From Patescibacteria group bacterium (GTDB lineage Bacteria > Patescibacteriota > WWE3 > 2-01-FULL-39-13), in contig JASNYX010000001.1 of NCBI GenBank assembly GCA_048499955.1, forward strand, positions 2,452 to 66,451: DNA of 64,000 nt. Direction: 5' to 3'. The translations under genes were made by a program, and so were the position numbers. This document shows, piece after piece, positions 31,501-40,801 of the stretch. A model generated the notes under the pieces. The model was not told the origin of the DNA. It saw nothing but the letters and a program-made list of their open reading frames with translations, and ran no database searches. Within the stretch, counting starts at the first letter, position 1. Each line of letters begins with the position of its first letter.

Positions 31501-32220
31501 GGCCGCTTGTGCAGCTTGATCCGAGGTTGGCCATCCGAACTCTGTTATCCATACGGGAGCTCCTGAGATGCTATTGAGGGCATTTATTTGATCTATGATT
31601 TGTTGAAGTGATCCCGGCTGGCTAGGGTCAGGTATATATGGGTGAATTGCAAATCCGTCTGCTGTTCCTCCTGCTGCGATCACTTGCATAATAAATTGAA
31701 GATCTCCGGAAACAAAACCCGCTGAGATCGTGGCTTGCCCATGAGCTTGCAAAGTTGCGTGTGCTAAACCTAATAGCATTCCGTATGACGCCGCATCCAT
31801 GTATTTTACTGAGTTACTCATGGCATGATCATCAGGTTCGTTCCAAATTTGATACGCGTATAAGCTACCAAAAGTTTGGTATGCGTGTTCTACAACGTTG
31901 GTTGAAAAATGATGTATATAATTAGGGTTGCTTGAACTCCCTTGTGGAAATGCCCCCTGATCTCCGTACTCCCAGTTTATTATTCCGACAACCCTTATTC
32001 CTGCATTTTGTATGCTTTGCACATAGTTCCTTGTGACTTCATCATTTCTAAGCACGATTCGAACCTGTGTAATTCCAGCTTCTACTAGCATTTCCGGGTT
32101 AGGTGAAGCTCCGGGGTTATGGGGATCTAAAGAAATAGCATAAACATTTCCTGCACAAAAAAATAGGAGAGATAAAGATATTAATATTAATGCTGATAAT
32201 CTTTTCAAGCTTAAATACAT
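28582..32220 (-). CDS. Giant secreted protein (~1210 aa): signal peptide, N-terminal GH5-like TIM-barrel glycoside hydrolase domain, long Cys-rich region, C-terminal coiled coil
   Basis: Signal MYLSLKRLSALILISLSLLFFCAGNVYA (start moved to 32220 from the track's 32265); GH5-type motifs IWNEPD (acid/base) and WITEFGW (nucleophile); many CxxC/Cys clusters downstream; KE-rich heptads at the end. Confidence 0.7.
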   Translation of the reverse strand: MYLSLKRLSALILISLSLLFFCAGNVYAISLDPHNPGASPNPEMLVEAGITQVRIVLRNDEVTRNYVQSIQNAGIRVVGIINWEYGDQGAFPQGSSSNPNYIHHFSTNVVEHAYQTFGSLYAYQIWNEPDDHAMSNSVKYMDAASYGMLLGLAHATLQAHGQATISAGFVSGDLQFIMQVIAAGGTADGFAIHPYIPDPSQPGSLQQIIDQINALNSISGAPVWITEFGWPTSDQAAQAAWLAQVFSLQQLLSGSQLNSVMWYGFSDAQNPGFGLLDANLQPKLAWLALLEYLAGHPLTPEQIALLLANSFVRCMTPDGNFMGYAVSEIQCAMYQPCVDSFGNVIGYATNIEMCRMQNDYRKFCGGPIDMDWVGYRGEVVGHNGFPPFSLESVVNDKEDGDSIGDLARWLSAEMSLTASYDHTNFSQMAKSMFGSMGDGVHSIQKRTKMEHANIPYLSMNIPNYKPYSPPYGVGEQPDIEWESGETYESLSERWRRISTKTESGETTYGLMADMPVLRFNACIQRIGCDPDLEPDPGDDVATAFRCLKKDVVYNPADRDSESFYCHSGADESECVSFGRLFSFTGQMLYEEPPELQDTGNLYEYVTERLANFGLGGTRKGYYTRHETYLPGNQLADSGDVQFSNVSREEVLSNVNKRPQYEPPKVNTTNTTNNFQSLMYPSSANAVDEEQLNNGSYQSVTSPGCQNMSLLIENKGDSYGVKAWDTQPWSCPYLFDYSWTVEYFLDGIKIGSCSSPIQSGAMPKYVPDGTEKEQYGLSISDMCPVPVTPRQEGKFEVNFVIDHSNAPWVPGCSQTASCRCEGEHCQFVDDRPLPPIDCRVCESWAPPALCQKIMANELVEARECVDGECRANTRIEERLPFSDDADWNFSIPNLSSWLGGLVTSLVGSTILNCDVEDGRTIYDATGAVIGTDPDQVICKFNSRHYLIYTYPDPLTGDMVGRGLKHMDANDAMFSLPNFTDRYFTPQSAKQAVSLTLGINKVETDKALPGASSAAQALDEDRVQYVGFSNPNDDVRTMYVEYYLFEQPQVSGYCLHQRMLTPPLSEEKRIPATVGESGLCDTMDFMPGYTGSGTSFTSSQTAKNETPQKLTLQSDASQLRNLLKQNIEFDNENEFNSRIVNDPEYEEVKWEVLLHALTPQEKATLKSQIQSELEILAKKNAHLLRNSKEVPRKVQDELKRIRVKYEQKLLTMKL

Positions 32221-32274
32221 AAATGAATTTTTAACATCACATAGTATCACGAATAAACTTCGCACTCTACCATT

Positions 32275-33303
32275 CTATCTCGGCACAGCTTCCATAAGTA
32301 GTGTCACTCTACCGCCGACTGCCGGTCCTGAACTTGCATTTCCTGTAATTATAAAAACAGGAACTAATCTATTATCAAAGGCAAAGTAACCTAGTTCAAC
32401 CTGATCTACCGCTAATGTAGTTATTGGTGCATTCGACATAAATTCCGCTTGAATTATCTGAAACTTTTTTTCACGCAACTCTTTTAGTAGTGTTTCACGA
32501 TTTTTTAATGGAGTGTCGGTTATTTCCGATCCGACAGAACCGATAGTTTCCACATATAAAGTGTTTATAGAAAAATCTGCTGAGTAATTGATAGAAATAT
32601 GATTTGGGGAAGTGCTTCTATCTTTGTCGATTATAGCGAGGTCATTTAGTCTTGCTTCATAAATAATTTCGATTCCGTTTGCTGCTCCGGGCACATTAAC
32701 ATTGTATTGGCGTATTGCCTCCATTCTTTTAAAACCATATCTTGTGGAGGTATAACGTGCCGGATCGAGTCCGAGTGATCTTATTGAGTCGTAACCTCTA
32801 TTTACATAATCCTTCGGATTTTTATTTTCGAAGGATTCGGTGTTAGGCTCAAATTGGTTTTTTCCGTAAGTAAAGATTCCGCGGTCTTTTTCTATTGATA
32901 GAGAATACCCGTTTCCTGATGCATAAATTAGGTCGCCTTGCACAGGGCTATTAACTCTATTGGTAATATTCAAATTCAAAGTTTTGACTAACTTATCTAT
33001 ATTTTCGTCAGTAAAAAAATTTTTCGGAGTGTATTCGTAAACAGGTAAATCGGTTCTATTGGGAAGGGTTTTTTCCAACTCGGGATTCAGCAGTACAGAC
33101 ATTTGGTTAGTCAACCCCTGAAGGGCTTCGGATCCTTTGAATTCATCAGCGAGGTTAACCTGTGCGATATCCGGCAGGTCGGTAGTCGGCGTAGATAATG
33201 AATTAATCATTATCCAGACAACTAGGCCTATGATTAATATCACTAACCCTATACTAAGTGCTTTCGAATTTTTTAACTTATATAAAATATCTGTTAAGTT
33301 CAT
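32275..33303 (-). CDS. Membrane-anchored hypothetical extracellular protein (342 aa)
   Basis: N-terminal TM LSIGLVILIIGLVVWIMI; 9-nt gap to the downstream giant gene (operon). Confidence 0.65.
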   Translation of the reverse strand: MNLTDILYKLKNSKALSIGLVILIIGLVVWIMINSLSTPTTDLPDIAQVNLADEFKGSEALQGLTNQMSVLLNPELEKTLPNRTDLPVYEYTPKNFFTDENIDKLVKTLNLNITNRVNSPVQGDLIYASGNGYSLSIEKDRGIFTYGKNQFEPNTESFENKNPKDYVNRGYDSIRSLGLDPARYTSTRYGFKRMEAIRQYNVNVPGAANGIEIIYEARLNDLAIIDKDRSTSPNHISINYSADFSINTLYVETIGSVGSEITDTPLKNRETLLKELREKKFQIIQAEFMSNAPITTLAVDQVELGYFAFDNRLVPVFIITGNASSGPAVGGRVTLLMEAVPR

Positions 33304-33329
33304 ATTTCTCTATAAATAATCTATCACTA

Positions 33330-36300
33330 TTATGGTGCCGGTCTGTACGGAACATATGGTGGGTTCATCGTTACCGGTTGCCCTGGGTGGCATTCAGGAT
33401 ATCTACCTCCGGATTTTCTGAATTCATAGTGTAAGTGTGGTCCTGTAGAGTTCCCGGTACTTCCGGAAATTCCAATTTCTTGACCTTTTATAATTGGGTC
33501 GCCTGCGTTGACTAGTATTCCTGATAAGTGAGCGTACATTGACCTGAATCCCAACTCAGATATGACTTCAACAAAATTACCATAGCCGCCGTTGCAGGTA
33601 GAATACGCATCGCCTTCTCCGCAACCAGTTCCAATTCTTGCTGTGCCATCGTGTGTAGCATAAATAGTTGAATCTCTGCCAACATTACCAAAATCTATAG
33701 CTTCAACTCCGGAGTGTGAGTATGATCCGTTCGGTCCCTGTGTAACAGTGACAGGGCAAGTTCCCGCACCTGCACATACCGGCCAACCACTCGGGCATCT
33801 TGCACATCCACCGTTTCCAACAGGTATGTTTTCTGAAGCGATAGCGGTTCGGCCTGATTCTTCAACCGTGCCCACCTCAACACTATTGTAGTATGTGTGA
33901 TGTAGTGTTCCTGCATTTAGCTCGTTAAAGTAATCTACCAAGTCAACATATATGACTAACTCTATAGATTCTCCTGCAGGTATGGTTTGCCCAACGAATT
34001 GAGTGGAGATCCATTGAGGGGTAATACTGTCATTTTCTGTATTGACTAGCTTTCCTATGAATCCGGACGAGCCATATGATATTACCTGACCACCTGAGTC
34101 ACATGAAGTTACCATGCTTAAGTTGTCGTCGAATCTGCCGATTGTTACGGTTTGCGTTGATATATTTTGGACTACAATTTTGAAGGCTTTCAGTCGGATT
34201 CCTGCAAAACCTGTAGATTCCTCAGTTTTAGTAACTCTTATGAGTTCGGAGTCTACTCTACCGGAAAGACCTGCCGAAAGTGGCTCATAAGGAGCTATCA
34301 TTCCTCCGATTAAAGCAATTATCAGAGCTACGATAATTCCACAACACCCACAAGGTATGGATATAACAACGAAAAAAGGATAAATAACTATTTTTTTAAC
34401 GAGGTTAATTAGCGAAACTACATCATCTTTAATAGCATTACCTGCACCTCTTAAATCGAATCTCATTAATGATTTCGTAACTTTCCAGATAGTTCCGCCT
34501 GCAAATGTAATTACGTATGAGATTCCTCCTGTGAATATACCTGCAGCTGCCCCAAGGATTTTCGCAATCGTAAGAGCTAAAGCTTTGTTAGACAATAGCT
34601 TGGCCATTACAGGGATTTTAGAAAGCACGGGGAGTGCCAGATTGTCACCAAGTGCTGCCCTTTGTATCATTTTCCCCCACATCCTCATTTTTCTGATGGG
34701 TTTCCAGGTTCTTATTACTTGAGATAGTCCTCTTTCATCTGAAAATCCTAACCTTTTGATGAATTTCTGAACCGGCGCGTACATACTGCCGATAACAGGC
34801 ATACTCGTTAGGGTTTCGCCAAAGATCAAATTCTTATATATATAGTTTCTGATTGCATTAGCACCGCGGTTCCAGCTATCGAGCAATCCGGTATATTGTG
34901 TTTTAAATTGTGCGGCTCTTCCGCTTGCACCAAATTGTTCAAGCCATGCCCAACGATCTTTCGGGTGCATAATGTTTGCACCAAATTTGGAAGCATCGCT
35001 GAGTTCTTCAAGCATTTTCCGACCATTGGCATCAAATATGCTTTTGCCTTGAAAAACCTTATCCAGACTCGCAAAGTCTCCGAGTGAAATTAGTCCTGTA
35101 TTTGGATCTCGAGTGAATAGTCCCGCTTCAGCCATGAAGTCGATAAACTCTTGTTGAGCTGCAGGAAATGGTCCGACTCCACCGGAAGAAAGTAACAATT
35201 GTTTTGTATCATCAAGTCTCTGATAGAAATCATCCAGTTTGGTGAAATCTTCAAACATTTCTTGTGCGTTAAAGCCATAATGAGATAGCTTGTCTGCAAA
35301 ACCTTCGGACTCAATCTTTTGTATAAGAGTGAATGCACCAAAGTCGTCAAGACCTTTTCCTGCATCGTATATCCCGAATCCTTGCCCGCCTTTAACTGTG
35401 TGAAAGTTAAATTTGTTTGCCGGGTTTCCGACTGCATCTTTCACTTCCCATTCAATCGAAACCCTTGAATCAAATAGGCCTGTTTTTTCTAGTAGCTTTG
35501 GGATTCCTTTTAAATCAGATGAGTCCCTAACTTCAAATCTTATGCCTAAGTTCTCGGCGATTTTTTCACCCATAACCGATATCGATGCGTACGTTTTGGC
35601 AATAGGTCTCAAGGCGGGTGGCAGTGTGTCGACTAAGCCTCCCGGAGTGAACGCAGCGCCCCAGTTTTGTATTGATCGAAGTCTTTTATCTATGAAAGGT
35701 AAGGTTGAAATTGCACGAGAAGTACCGAATACTGCTGTAAAATATTTCCCGGCTTGTATGTTTTCGAGTATTTCTTTTGTTGTGGCAGCAGCAAACAGAT
35801 CGTTTCCCATGTCGGCGGTAAGCTTTGCAGCCTTTAGTCTTTTTTTTGCTTTGTTTGTTTCATCTGCGATATATTGATCTTTTGCATAATCTGCAAGCAT
35901 CGAGGCGTCTGCAGGTGAGTGTGTTGCCAAAAGTGTGTTATAGGTTTCGTCCCTAATTTGTACGGATTTTTTTTCTATTGCATCTCGAACGAGTTTGTTT
36001 GCTTTTGCTTCAAAGGTAGTAGAAATTACATATCCGGCAGATAACTCCTGATTAGCCATGTGACGTAAATCTCCATCAACATAGCTTAGTCTTGAATTCC
36101 CTTTATGTTCAAAGTTTGCATAATCCGGAGATCCGGCAGGTAGACGGAATGCTTTATTTTTTGCGGCAACTTTGGCAAGTTCCAGTTCGTCAACATATCG
36201 GGTTGTACCGAGAGTAGGTGATAGCCCTGCCTTATACCATTCTGTAAGTGATACCATCCCGCTTCCTTTTGCGAGTCCCATTTTCAAGTCGATTTCTTCG

Positions 36301-37367
36301 GCTCTCAGAAACTGAGTTACGATGAGTTTTTGTTGGTCATCGAGGGCATTAAAAGTTCCGGGGGCAAAACTCATAGCCCTGTCGATCCTAGAAGGATCTG
36401 ACAACAGACTATCAATGGAATTTCTTTTATCCATTGAGGCATATTGTTCTAATGTAATACGCCCGGATTCGAGCTCGTTCTTTGCTGCAACGGCATACGT
36501 TGTAAGTTCTTTTCTGAAACTGGAGTCAATAACCCGACTTCCGGTTCCGATTTTTGACACAGACTTGCCCAAAACTTTTTCAAGATCCACATCAGCTTCA
36601 CGCATTACGGTTCGCATATAGTCTCTATAAATTTTATTTCTATTGGTGATTCGTGCTCCGGGACTTTCAAGATTGCTGCCCAAGGTCGCGAGACCGGCGG
36701 CTAGCGAAGCATATGTTTTGTATTGATATCGATCGGATTCACTCTGTTCGACGGTTCTTCGGTCTTCCCATACACCCCGATTGTTAGGATCTGCTCCGTT
36801 GGTTTTGTCTATCAATAGTTGGGCTTCAGATTCTTTTCTGCCGGTAACAGGGTTTAGCACTAGGGGAGAGGCTTTTTCAATTGCAGCTCTAAAGGGTTTA
36901 AGAAAAAGACTGTCAGGGTCATCAAGACTTTGTCCTACATCAGTGTATTTTGAATTGGGTACGGCAATATCATCACCGTCTGTTGTTTGACCTCTAACTA
37001 AACGTCCGAGTAGCTCGGCTCGTCGATCTTGAGAAATTTCATCTAGTGAAAGAATGTCGTTCTTTGTTTTTTGAACAAGCTTTTCGATTGTTCTTATCGG
37101 ATCAGAACCTAAATCTTTTAAAGTGAACGCATTGTTAACATATTTTAAATCGCTGAAGGCTTCAGGACCTTCAATTAAAGCTCGGACAATTTCTCTATCT
37201 CCTACTTGAGGGCTAGGGCCTCTCTTGCTCACTAACATGTATATGTTATTTTCGTGCTCTTGTTTTATGATGGCGAGAACTTCTCTTGGGATCGTTGTTG
37301 GCGATCCGAAAACTTCTCTTACCCATTGTTCAAAAGAAATAGGTTCGGGTCTTCTTGGTGGAGGCAT
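33330..37367 (-). CDS. Giant (1345 aa) membrane protein: about 900-aa cytoplasmic N-terminal region, Cys-containing TM segments, extracellular C-terminal M23/LytM metallopeptidase domain
   Basis: No signal peptide; TM segments (ILGAAAGIFTGGISYVITFAGG; FFVVISIPCGCCGIIVALIIALIGGMI); M23 motifs YGNFVEVISELGFRSMYAHLS and GSTGNSTGPHLHYEF. Confidence 0.8.
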   Translation of the reverse strand: MPPPRRPEPISFEQWVREVFGSPTTIPREVLAIIKQEHENNIYMLVSKRGPSPQVGDREIVRALIEGPEAFSDLKYVNNAFTLKDLGSDPIRTIEKLVQKTKNDILSLDEISQDRRAELLGRLVRGQTTDGDDIAVPNSKYTDVGQSLDDPDSLFLKPFRAAIEKASPLVLNPVTGRKESEAQLLIDKTNGADPNNRGVWEDRRTVEQSESDRYQYKTYASLAAGLATLGSNLESPGARITNRNKIYRDYMRTVMREADVDLEKVLGKSVSKIGTGSRVIDSSFRKELTTYAVAAKNELESGRITLEQYASMDKRNSIDSLLSDPSRIDRAMSFAPGTFNALDDQQKLIVTQFLRAEEIDLKMGLAKGSGMVSLTEWYKAGLSPTLGTTRYVDELELAKVAAKNKAFRLPAGSPDYANFEHKGNSRLSYVDGDLRHMANQELSAGYVISTTFEAKANKLVRDAIEKKSVQIRDETYNTLLATHSPADASMLADYAKDQYIADETNKAKKRLKAAKLTADMGNDLFAAATTKEILENIQAGKYFTAVFGTSRAISTLPFIDKRLRSIQNWGAAFTPGGLVDTLPPALRPIAKTYASISVMGEKIAENLGIRFEVRDSSDLKGIPKLLEKTGLFDSRVSIEWEVKDAVGNPANKFNFHTVKGGQGFGIYDAGKGLDDFGAFTLIQKIESEGFADKLSHYGFNAQEMFEDFTKLDDFYQRLDDTKQLLLSSGGVGPFPAAQQEFIDFMAEAGLFTRDPNTGLISLGDFASLDKVFQGKSIFDANGRKMLEELSDASKFGANIMHPKDRWAWLEQFGASGRAAQFKTQYTGLLDSWNRGANAIRNYIYKNLIFGETLTSMPVIGSMYAPVQKFIKRLGFSDERGLSQVIRTWKPIRKMRMWGKMIQRAALGDNLALPVLSKIPVMAKLLSNKALALTIAKILGAAAGIFTGGISYVITFAGGTIWKVTKSLMRFDLRGAGNAIKDDVVSLINLVKKIVIYPFFVVISIPCGCCGIIVALIIALIGGMIAPYEPLSAGLSGRVDSELIRVTKTEESTGFAGIRLKAFKIVVQNISTQTVTIGRFDDNLSMVTSCDSGGQVISYGSSGFIGKLVNTENDSITPQWISTQFVGQTIPAGESIELVIYVDLVDYFNELNAGTLHHTYYNSVEVGTVEESGRTAIASENIPVGNGGCARCPSGWPVCAGAGTCPVTVTQGPNGSYSHSGVEAIDFGNVGRDSTIYATHDGTARIGTGCGEGDAYSTCNGGYGNFVEVISELGFRSMYAHLSGILVNAGDPIIKGQEIGISGSTGNSTGPHLHYEFRKSGGRYPECHPGQPVTMNPPYVPYRPAP

Positions 37368-37567
37368 ACTTATAAATGATTTTATCAGATTCTGTTGAGA
37401 TCCTGCTTAAGCAACATTTTGAATTTTCAAAATTTATGTTATGAGTTTGTAATTGAATTTATTTGAATATTAAATATTGTTAAGGTATCATACTCTGTTC
37501 GGTGTAGTATTTAATAAGTGATGATTGTCAATCAACTCATCTTCGATTATCATTTTTTTAAACGACA

Positions 37568-39094
37568 ATGCAAATAATAAAAACCTTAACCACTACAATT
37601 AATATCGTGCAAAGCAAGTTGCAAAGACATCGAATGATTTTATATGTAGTGTTTGTTGCTTTCCTTGCCTTTACACAAACTGCTATCTTTGCCCAAAATA
37701 ACGCTAATCAGCAAGCTCCATCAATGGAAGAAAGTACGCAAATACCCGTGTATGCACCATCCGGAACTTCAGGTGTGAACAGCCCGGCTACCGGCGAGAA
37801 GTCAAACTTGCAGAACCTGACTTCTCCTGATCAGGCAGATGCTCAAATATTCCAAACATTAACGAGAACCGTTAGTAGCATGTATAGCTTTTTTTGCTCA
37901 GTTGGATCTCTAAACGGTGCAGGTGAATGTGAAATAACTCGTCCGATGTGGGCGGCAAGTCTTTTAGTAAAGGATTTGCTAATTGATATGGCGTTCGTGT
38001 CTATTTGTTCTAAGACAGGTGAAGAGGTGGTTTCAGATCGTGCTTGCGGTAATGCGGCTTTAACTGCTCAATTATTAGAAAATCCTCAGGCTCTACGCGG
38101 AACTCCGGAGAATCCCTATGTGAGATTTGAGGGAGATGGAGCATTTTTTATAGCTTCTAACTTCCATTCGGTTGCAAACGAACCTCCTATCCCCACTGAT
38201 TTAGCACTTTTTATTGATGATACTTTCCAAGATACTATAATGCCGGGTTCATCAGCGTATGCACAAGGAATTTTCGTGGAACCATATAGAGCTTTTGTAA
38301 TTCGAGGTTGGAGATTGTCTAGAAATATTGCACTTTCACTGTTAGGTGCCTTCGTTGGTATAGCCGCGTTAATGGTGATGTTCAGAACTCAGATTGCACC
38401 AAAGGTCGCGGTTTCCGTTTATAGCGTTTTGCCTATGATACCTATCTCGTTAGGACTAATATTACTTTCGTATCCGATATTATCTTTGATATACGGATTT
38501 ATTCCCCCGTTCGTTGGGTTCGTAATGGCTTTTAGCAGTACGATTATTGTTGAGGTGTTTAGCATTTCCGGAGGAGTTGCAAATTTGGCATCCCTTGCAT
38601 TTACCGGGTTGATTCTTAGTGCGGCATCAGGCGGAACTTTCACTTTAATTATCGCTATTTTAGCGGCACTTGGAGTTGGAATTCTATTTATATTGGGATT
38701 AACAATCTTGTGGCAGCTATGTAAGATTTTTGCATCTTTGATATTTTATACTTTTGCTGCGCCTTTCGTTTTCCTTATGGCTGTTATTCCCGGTAAGAGT
38801 GGGCTCATCATGAATTTTTTCAAAAAAATTGCAGTTGATGTTTTTACAGTTCCGGCAATCATACTTATGGCAACCTTAGGTTTTGCGATAATTGCTTACG
38901 GTCCGGACTCTGCTGATATTTTCAGTTGGAATATCGGAGCCAGTTTTGCCGCGGTTGGTTTTACCTTCTTCGCATCATTTATTAAGCTTTTCATTGGTAT
39001 GGGTATTTTGTGGAATGCGAAAAATGCTCGAGGTAGCATTGAACGGTTGATGGGAGCCGGTAACCTTTGGGGAATGGATCCACCCAAGAGATAA
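37568..39094 (+). CDS. Polytopic membrane protein, VirB6/TrbL-like (signal peptide, ~250-aa periplasmic domain, 6-7 TM helices)
   Basis: Architecture only (no motif): cleavable-looking leader MILYVVFVAFLAFTQTAIFAQ, then a dense TM bundle from aa ~255 to 480; divergent from the M23 giant operon. Confidence 0.45.
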   Translation: MQIIKTLTTTINIVQSKLQRHRMILYVVFVAFLAFTQTAIFAQNNANQQAPSMEESTQIPVYAPSGTSGVNSPATGEKSNLQNLTSPDQADAQIFQTLTRTVSSMYSFFCSVGSLNGAGECEITRPMWAASLLVKDLLIDMAFVSICSKTGEEVVSDRACGNAALTAQLLENPQALRGTPENPYVRFEGDGAFFIASNFHSVANEPPIPTDLALFIDDTFQDTIMPGSSAYAQGIFVEPYRAFVIRGWRLSRNIALSLLGAFVGIAALMVMFRTQIAPKVAVSVYSVLPMIPISLGLILLSYPILSLIYGFIPPFVGFVMAFSSTIIVEVFSISGGVANLASLAFTGLILSAASGGTFTLIIAILAALGVGILFILGLTILWQLCKIFASLIFYTFAAPFVFLMAVIPGKSGLIMNFFKKIAVDVFTVPAIILMATLGFAIIAYGPDSADIFSWNIGASFAAVGFTFFASFIKLFIGMGILWNAKNARGSIERLMGAGNLWGMDPPKR

Positions 39095-39111
39095 TCTTTT
39101 AGACTTTCAAT

Positions 39112-39140
39112 AAAAGGCACCACATCAGGTGCCTTTTTTT
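39112..39140. terminator. Bidirectional rho-independent terminator (aaaaGGCACC-acatca-GGTGCCttttttt) between convergent genes
   Basis: Perfect 6-bp GC stem with A4/T7 flanks, read directly. Confidence 0.55.
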
Positions 39141-39189
39141 ATTCATGCATAAGCTAGCTAACTTTATATCTTGGAAAAAGTTTTGTTGT

Positions 39190-39630
39190 TTATGGAGTGG
39201 TAAAGCTATCTAACCAGTCGAGAACTGAGTTAAGCGGATTGATCCAGAGAGATAAATCTCCAAGGCCAAGAAGTTTAAATACCAAGTTTAATACGGTTCC
39301 GCCTGCTCCTACTGCAAGTAGCAAAAATATAATTGTATAGAACCATTGAGTCGGCATCTGTTCCAGTTCTTTTGAATTTTCTCTATTTATAACTGTGTGG
39401 AATATCCTCCACATCAGAACCACTATTGCGATCCCTATCATCAAATATTGAACAATCTGCCAGGCCCTGGGGATCATGCACTTTAAAAAAGCTCCCAACA
39501 TAGGGGGAGTTCCGGCATTGATGCTGCCATAACAGTTTGTCTGAGCGTATGAAGCTTCAGGCAAAACAGTCGAAAGTACTGCAGCAAATAAAATAATGAG
39601 TGTTATAAAATATCCGTCTTTTGTGTGCAT
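39190..39630 (-). CDS. Small secreted two-helix membrane protein, VirB2/TrbC-pilin-like
   Basis: Signal peptide (ITLIILFAAVLSTVLPEASYAQ) plus two hydrophobic helices separated by a short polar loop; 146 aa. Confidence 0.5.
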   Translation of the reverse strand: MHTKDGYFITLIILFAAVLSTVLPEASYAQTNCYGSINAGTPPMLGAFLKCMIPRAWQIVQYLMIGIAIVVLMWRIFHTVINRENSKELEQMPTQWFYTIIFLLLAVGAGGTVLNLVFKLLGLGDLSLWINPLNSVLDWLDSFTTP

Positions 39631-39753
39631 AACAACTACGATAATTATACCTTAAGAAAATTGTTAAGTTAATGGGGGCAAATCACAGGTCCCGAAGAGT
39701 TTTCCCAATTATGGTAAGTATTCATCAGTTTAATTTTCTGTTAGAATTTTTTT

Positions 39754-40059
39754 GTGAATATTCCTAGTAAATTTATTCTTATATTTTTATTTGTCTTCGC
39801 TTTTTTAGCTTCGGCTACTAAGGTTTCCGCTCAGTGGAATCCGGAAACAGGTGGTGTGAACGAGCCAGCGACTCAAATACAGTTGAGGCCGTACAATATG
39901 GTTGATATGGGAGATGGTACGAATACAAATTCCCAGCCTGTGTATCAAATCGTGGGATATATAAATTCTGCTCACGTTTTTGATCGACCGGGAAATTTCC
40001 TCGATGATAATTTCTATTTGTATATCAAAGAAGATGATATTAAAAATTGCGACAATTGA
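39754..40059 (+). CDS. Small secreted protein (signal peptide); same frame as the next ORF, separated by a single in-frame TGA (possible 5' part of one gene)
   Basis: Signal FILIFLFVFAFLASATKVSAQ. 40105-39754 = 351 nt = 117 codons, and the 45-nt gap (FNAAGSSLSHNITNL) has no further stop. Confidence 0.5.
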   Translation: MNIPSKFILIFLFVFAFLASATKVSAQWNPETGGVNEPATQIQLRPYNMVDMGDGTNTNSQPVYQIVGYINSAHVFDRPGNFLDDNFYLYIKEDDIKNCDN

Positions 40060-40104
40060 TTTAATGCAGCAGGCTCTAGTCTGTCGCACAACATTACCAA
40101 TTTA

Positions 40105-40728
40105 ATGAGGTCTGAGGATGGTGTTTACCATGGCTTATACATCGATATGACCCTTACTCTTGATTTTGTTCATCCTGCTAAGGTTGAGCTTTGGGAAGAA
40201 GATTTCCTCGGATTTGATGATCATTATTTCACAGTTTCAGACAGTTATAGCTTTCCTGATCAAAGAGCGTGTTTAGCTGCCCGGCTTTGCGGAACAGATG
40301 CTTGGATGGCCGGGGCTGACATTGAAGGTCCTGGTGGTCCGGGGGGGCCCGGAGGTCCGGGTGGTCCTCCGCCAGGAGATGGTGGTGATCCAAGCCCACC
40401 TGGGGGCGGTGGAGGAAATACTGGAGGTGCTCCGGAACTGAGTCTTATAGGTGGTTGTGGCCAAGGAGTGACAGTGACAGATGGAGAAGGCATTGTAGCT
40501 TGTGTAAAGGGTTGGAGTAAAAATCTGACGATTATACTCGTCGGACTTGGAATCGTAAGTGCGATCTTTATACTTCCTTGGATCGGGCTTCTTTATGCGA
40601 GCGGTAATCCCGGTAACTTCCAGAAGGCGAACGATATCCTTTTCTCGTGGATCTCGGGATTATTGTTGTTGGTATTGTCCGGTGCGATTATCACGATCGT
40701 AGGGAGAGATATTTTCGGTGCAACCTAA
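40105..40728 (+). CDS. Gly/Pro-rich linker protein with C-terminal VirB2-like two-helix pilin domain (no signal peptide of its own)
   Basis: GPGGPGGPGGPGGPPPGDGGDPSPPGGGGG linker, then LTIILVGLGIVSAIFILPWIGLLYASGNP...ILFSWISGLLLLVLSGAIITIV; the WIG motif is shared with the 43381 and 43843 paralogs. Confidence 0.55.
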   Translation: MRSEDGVYHGLYIDMTLTLDFVHPAKVELWEEDFLGFDDHYFTVSDSYSFPDQRACLAARLCGTDAWMAGADIEGPGGPGGPGGPGGPPPGDGGDPSPPGGGGGNTGGAPELSLIGGCGQGVTVTDGEGIVACVKGWSKNLTIILVGLGIVSAIFILPWIGLLYASGNPGNFQKANDILFSWISGLLLLVLSGAIITIVGRDIFGAT

Positions 40729-40801
40729 GGGTCTCCCCTTTTTAATGAACTCTTATTAACAAATTCATACCTCTTTCATATTGTTATGGTAGGTTTTTTC
40801 C

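Noticed and set aside
40260-40493. Minus-strand Pro/Gly-rich ORFs (PGPPGPPGPPG...) opposite the Gly/Pro linker
   Set aside because: They are the reverse-complement reflection of the GGN/CCN repeat in the plus-strand gene. No start context was found
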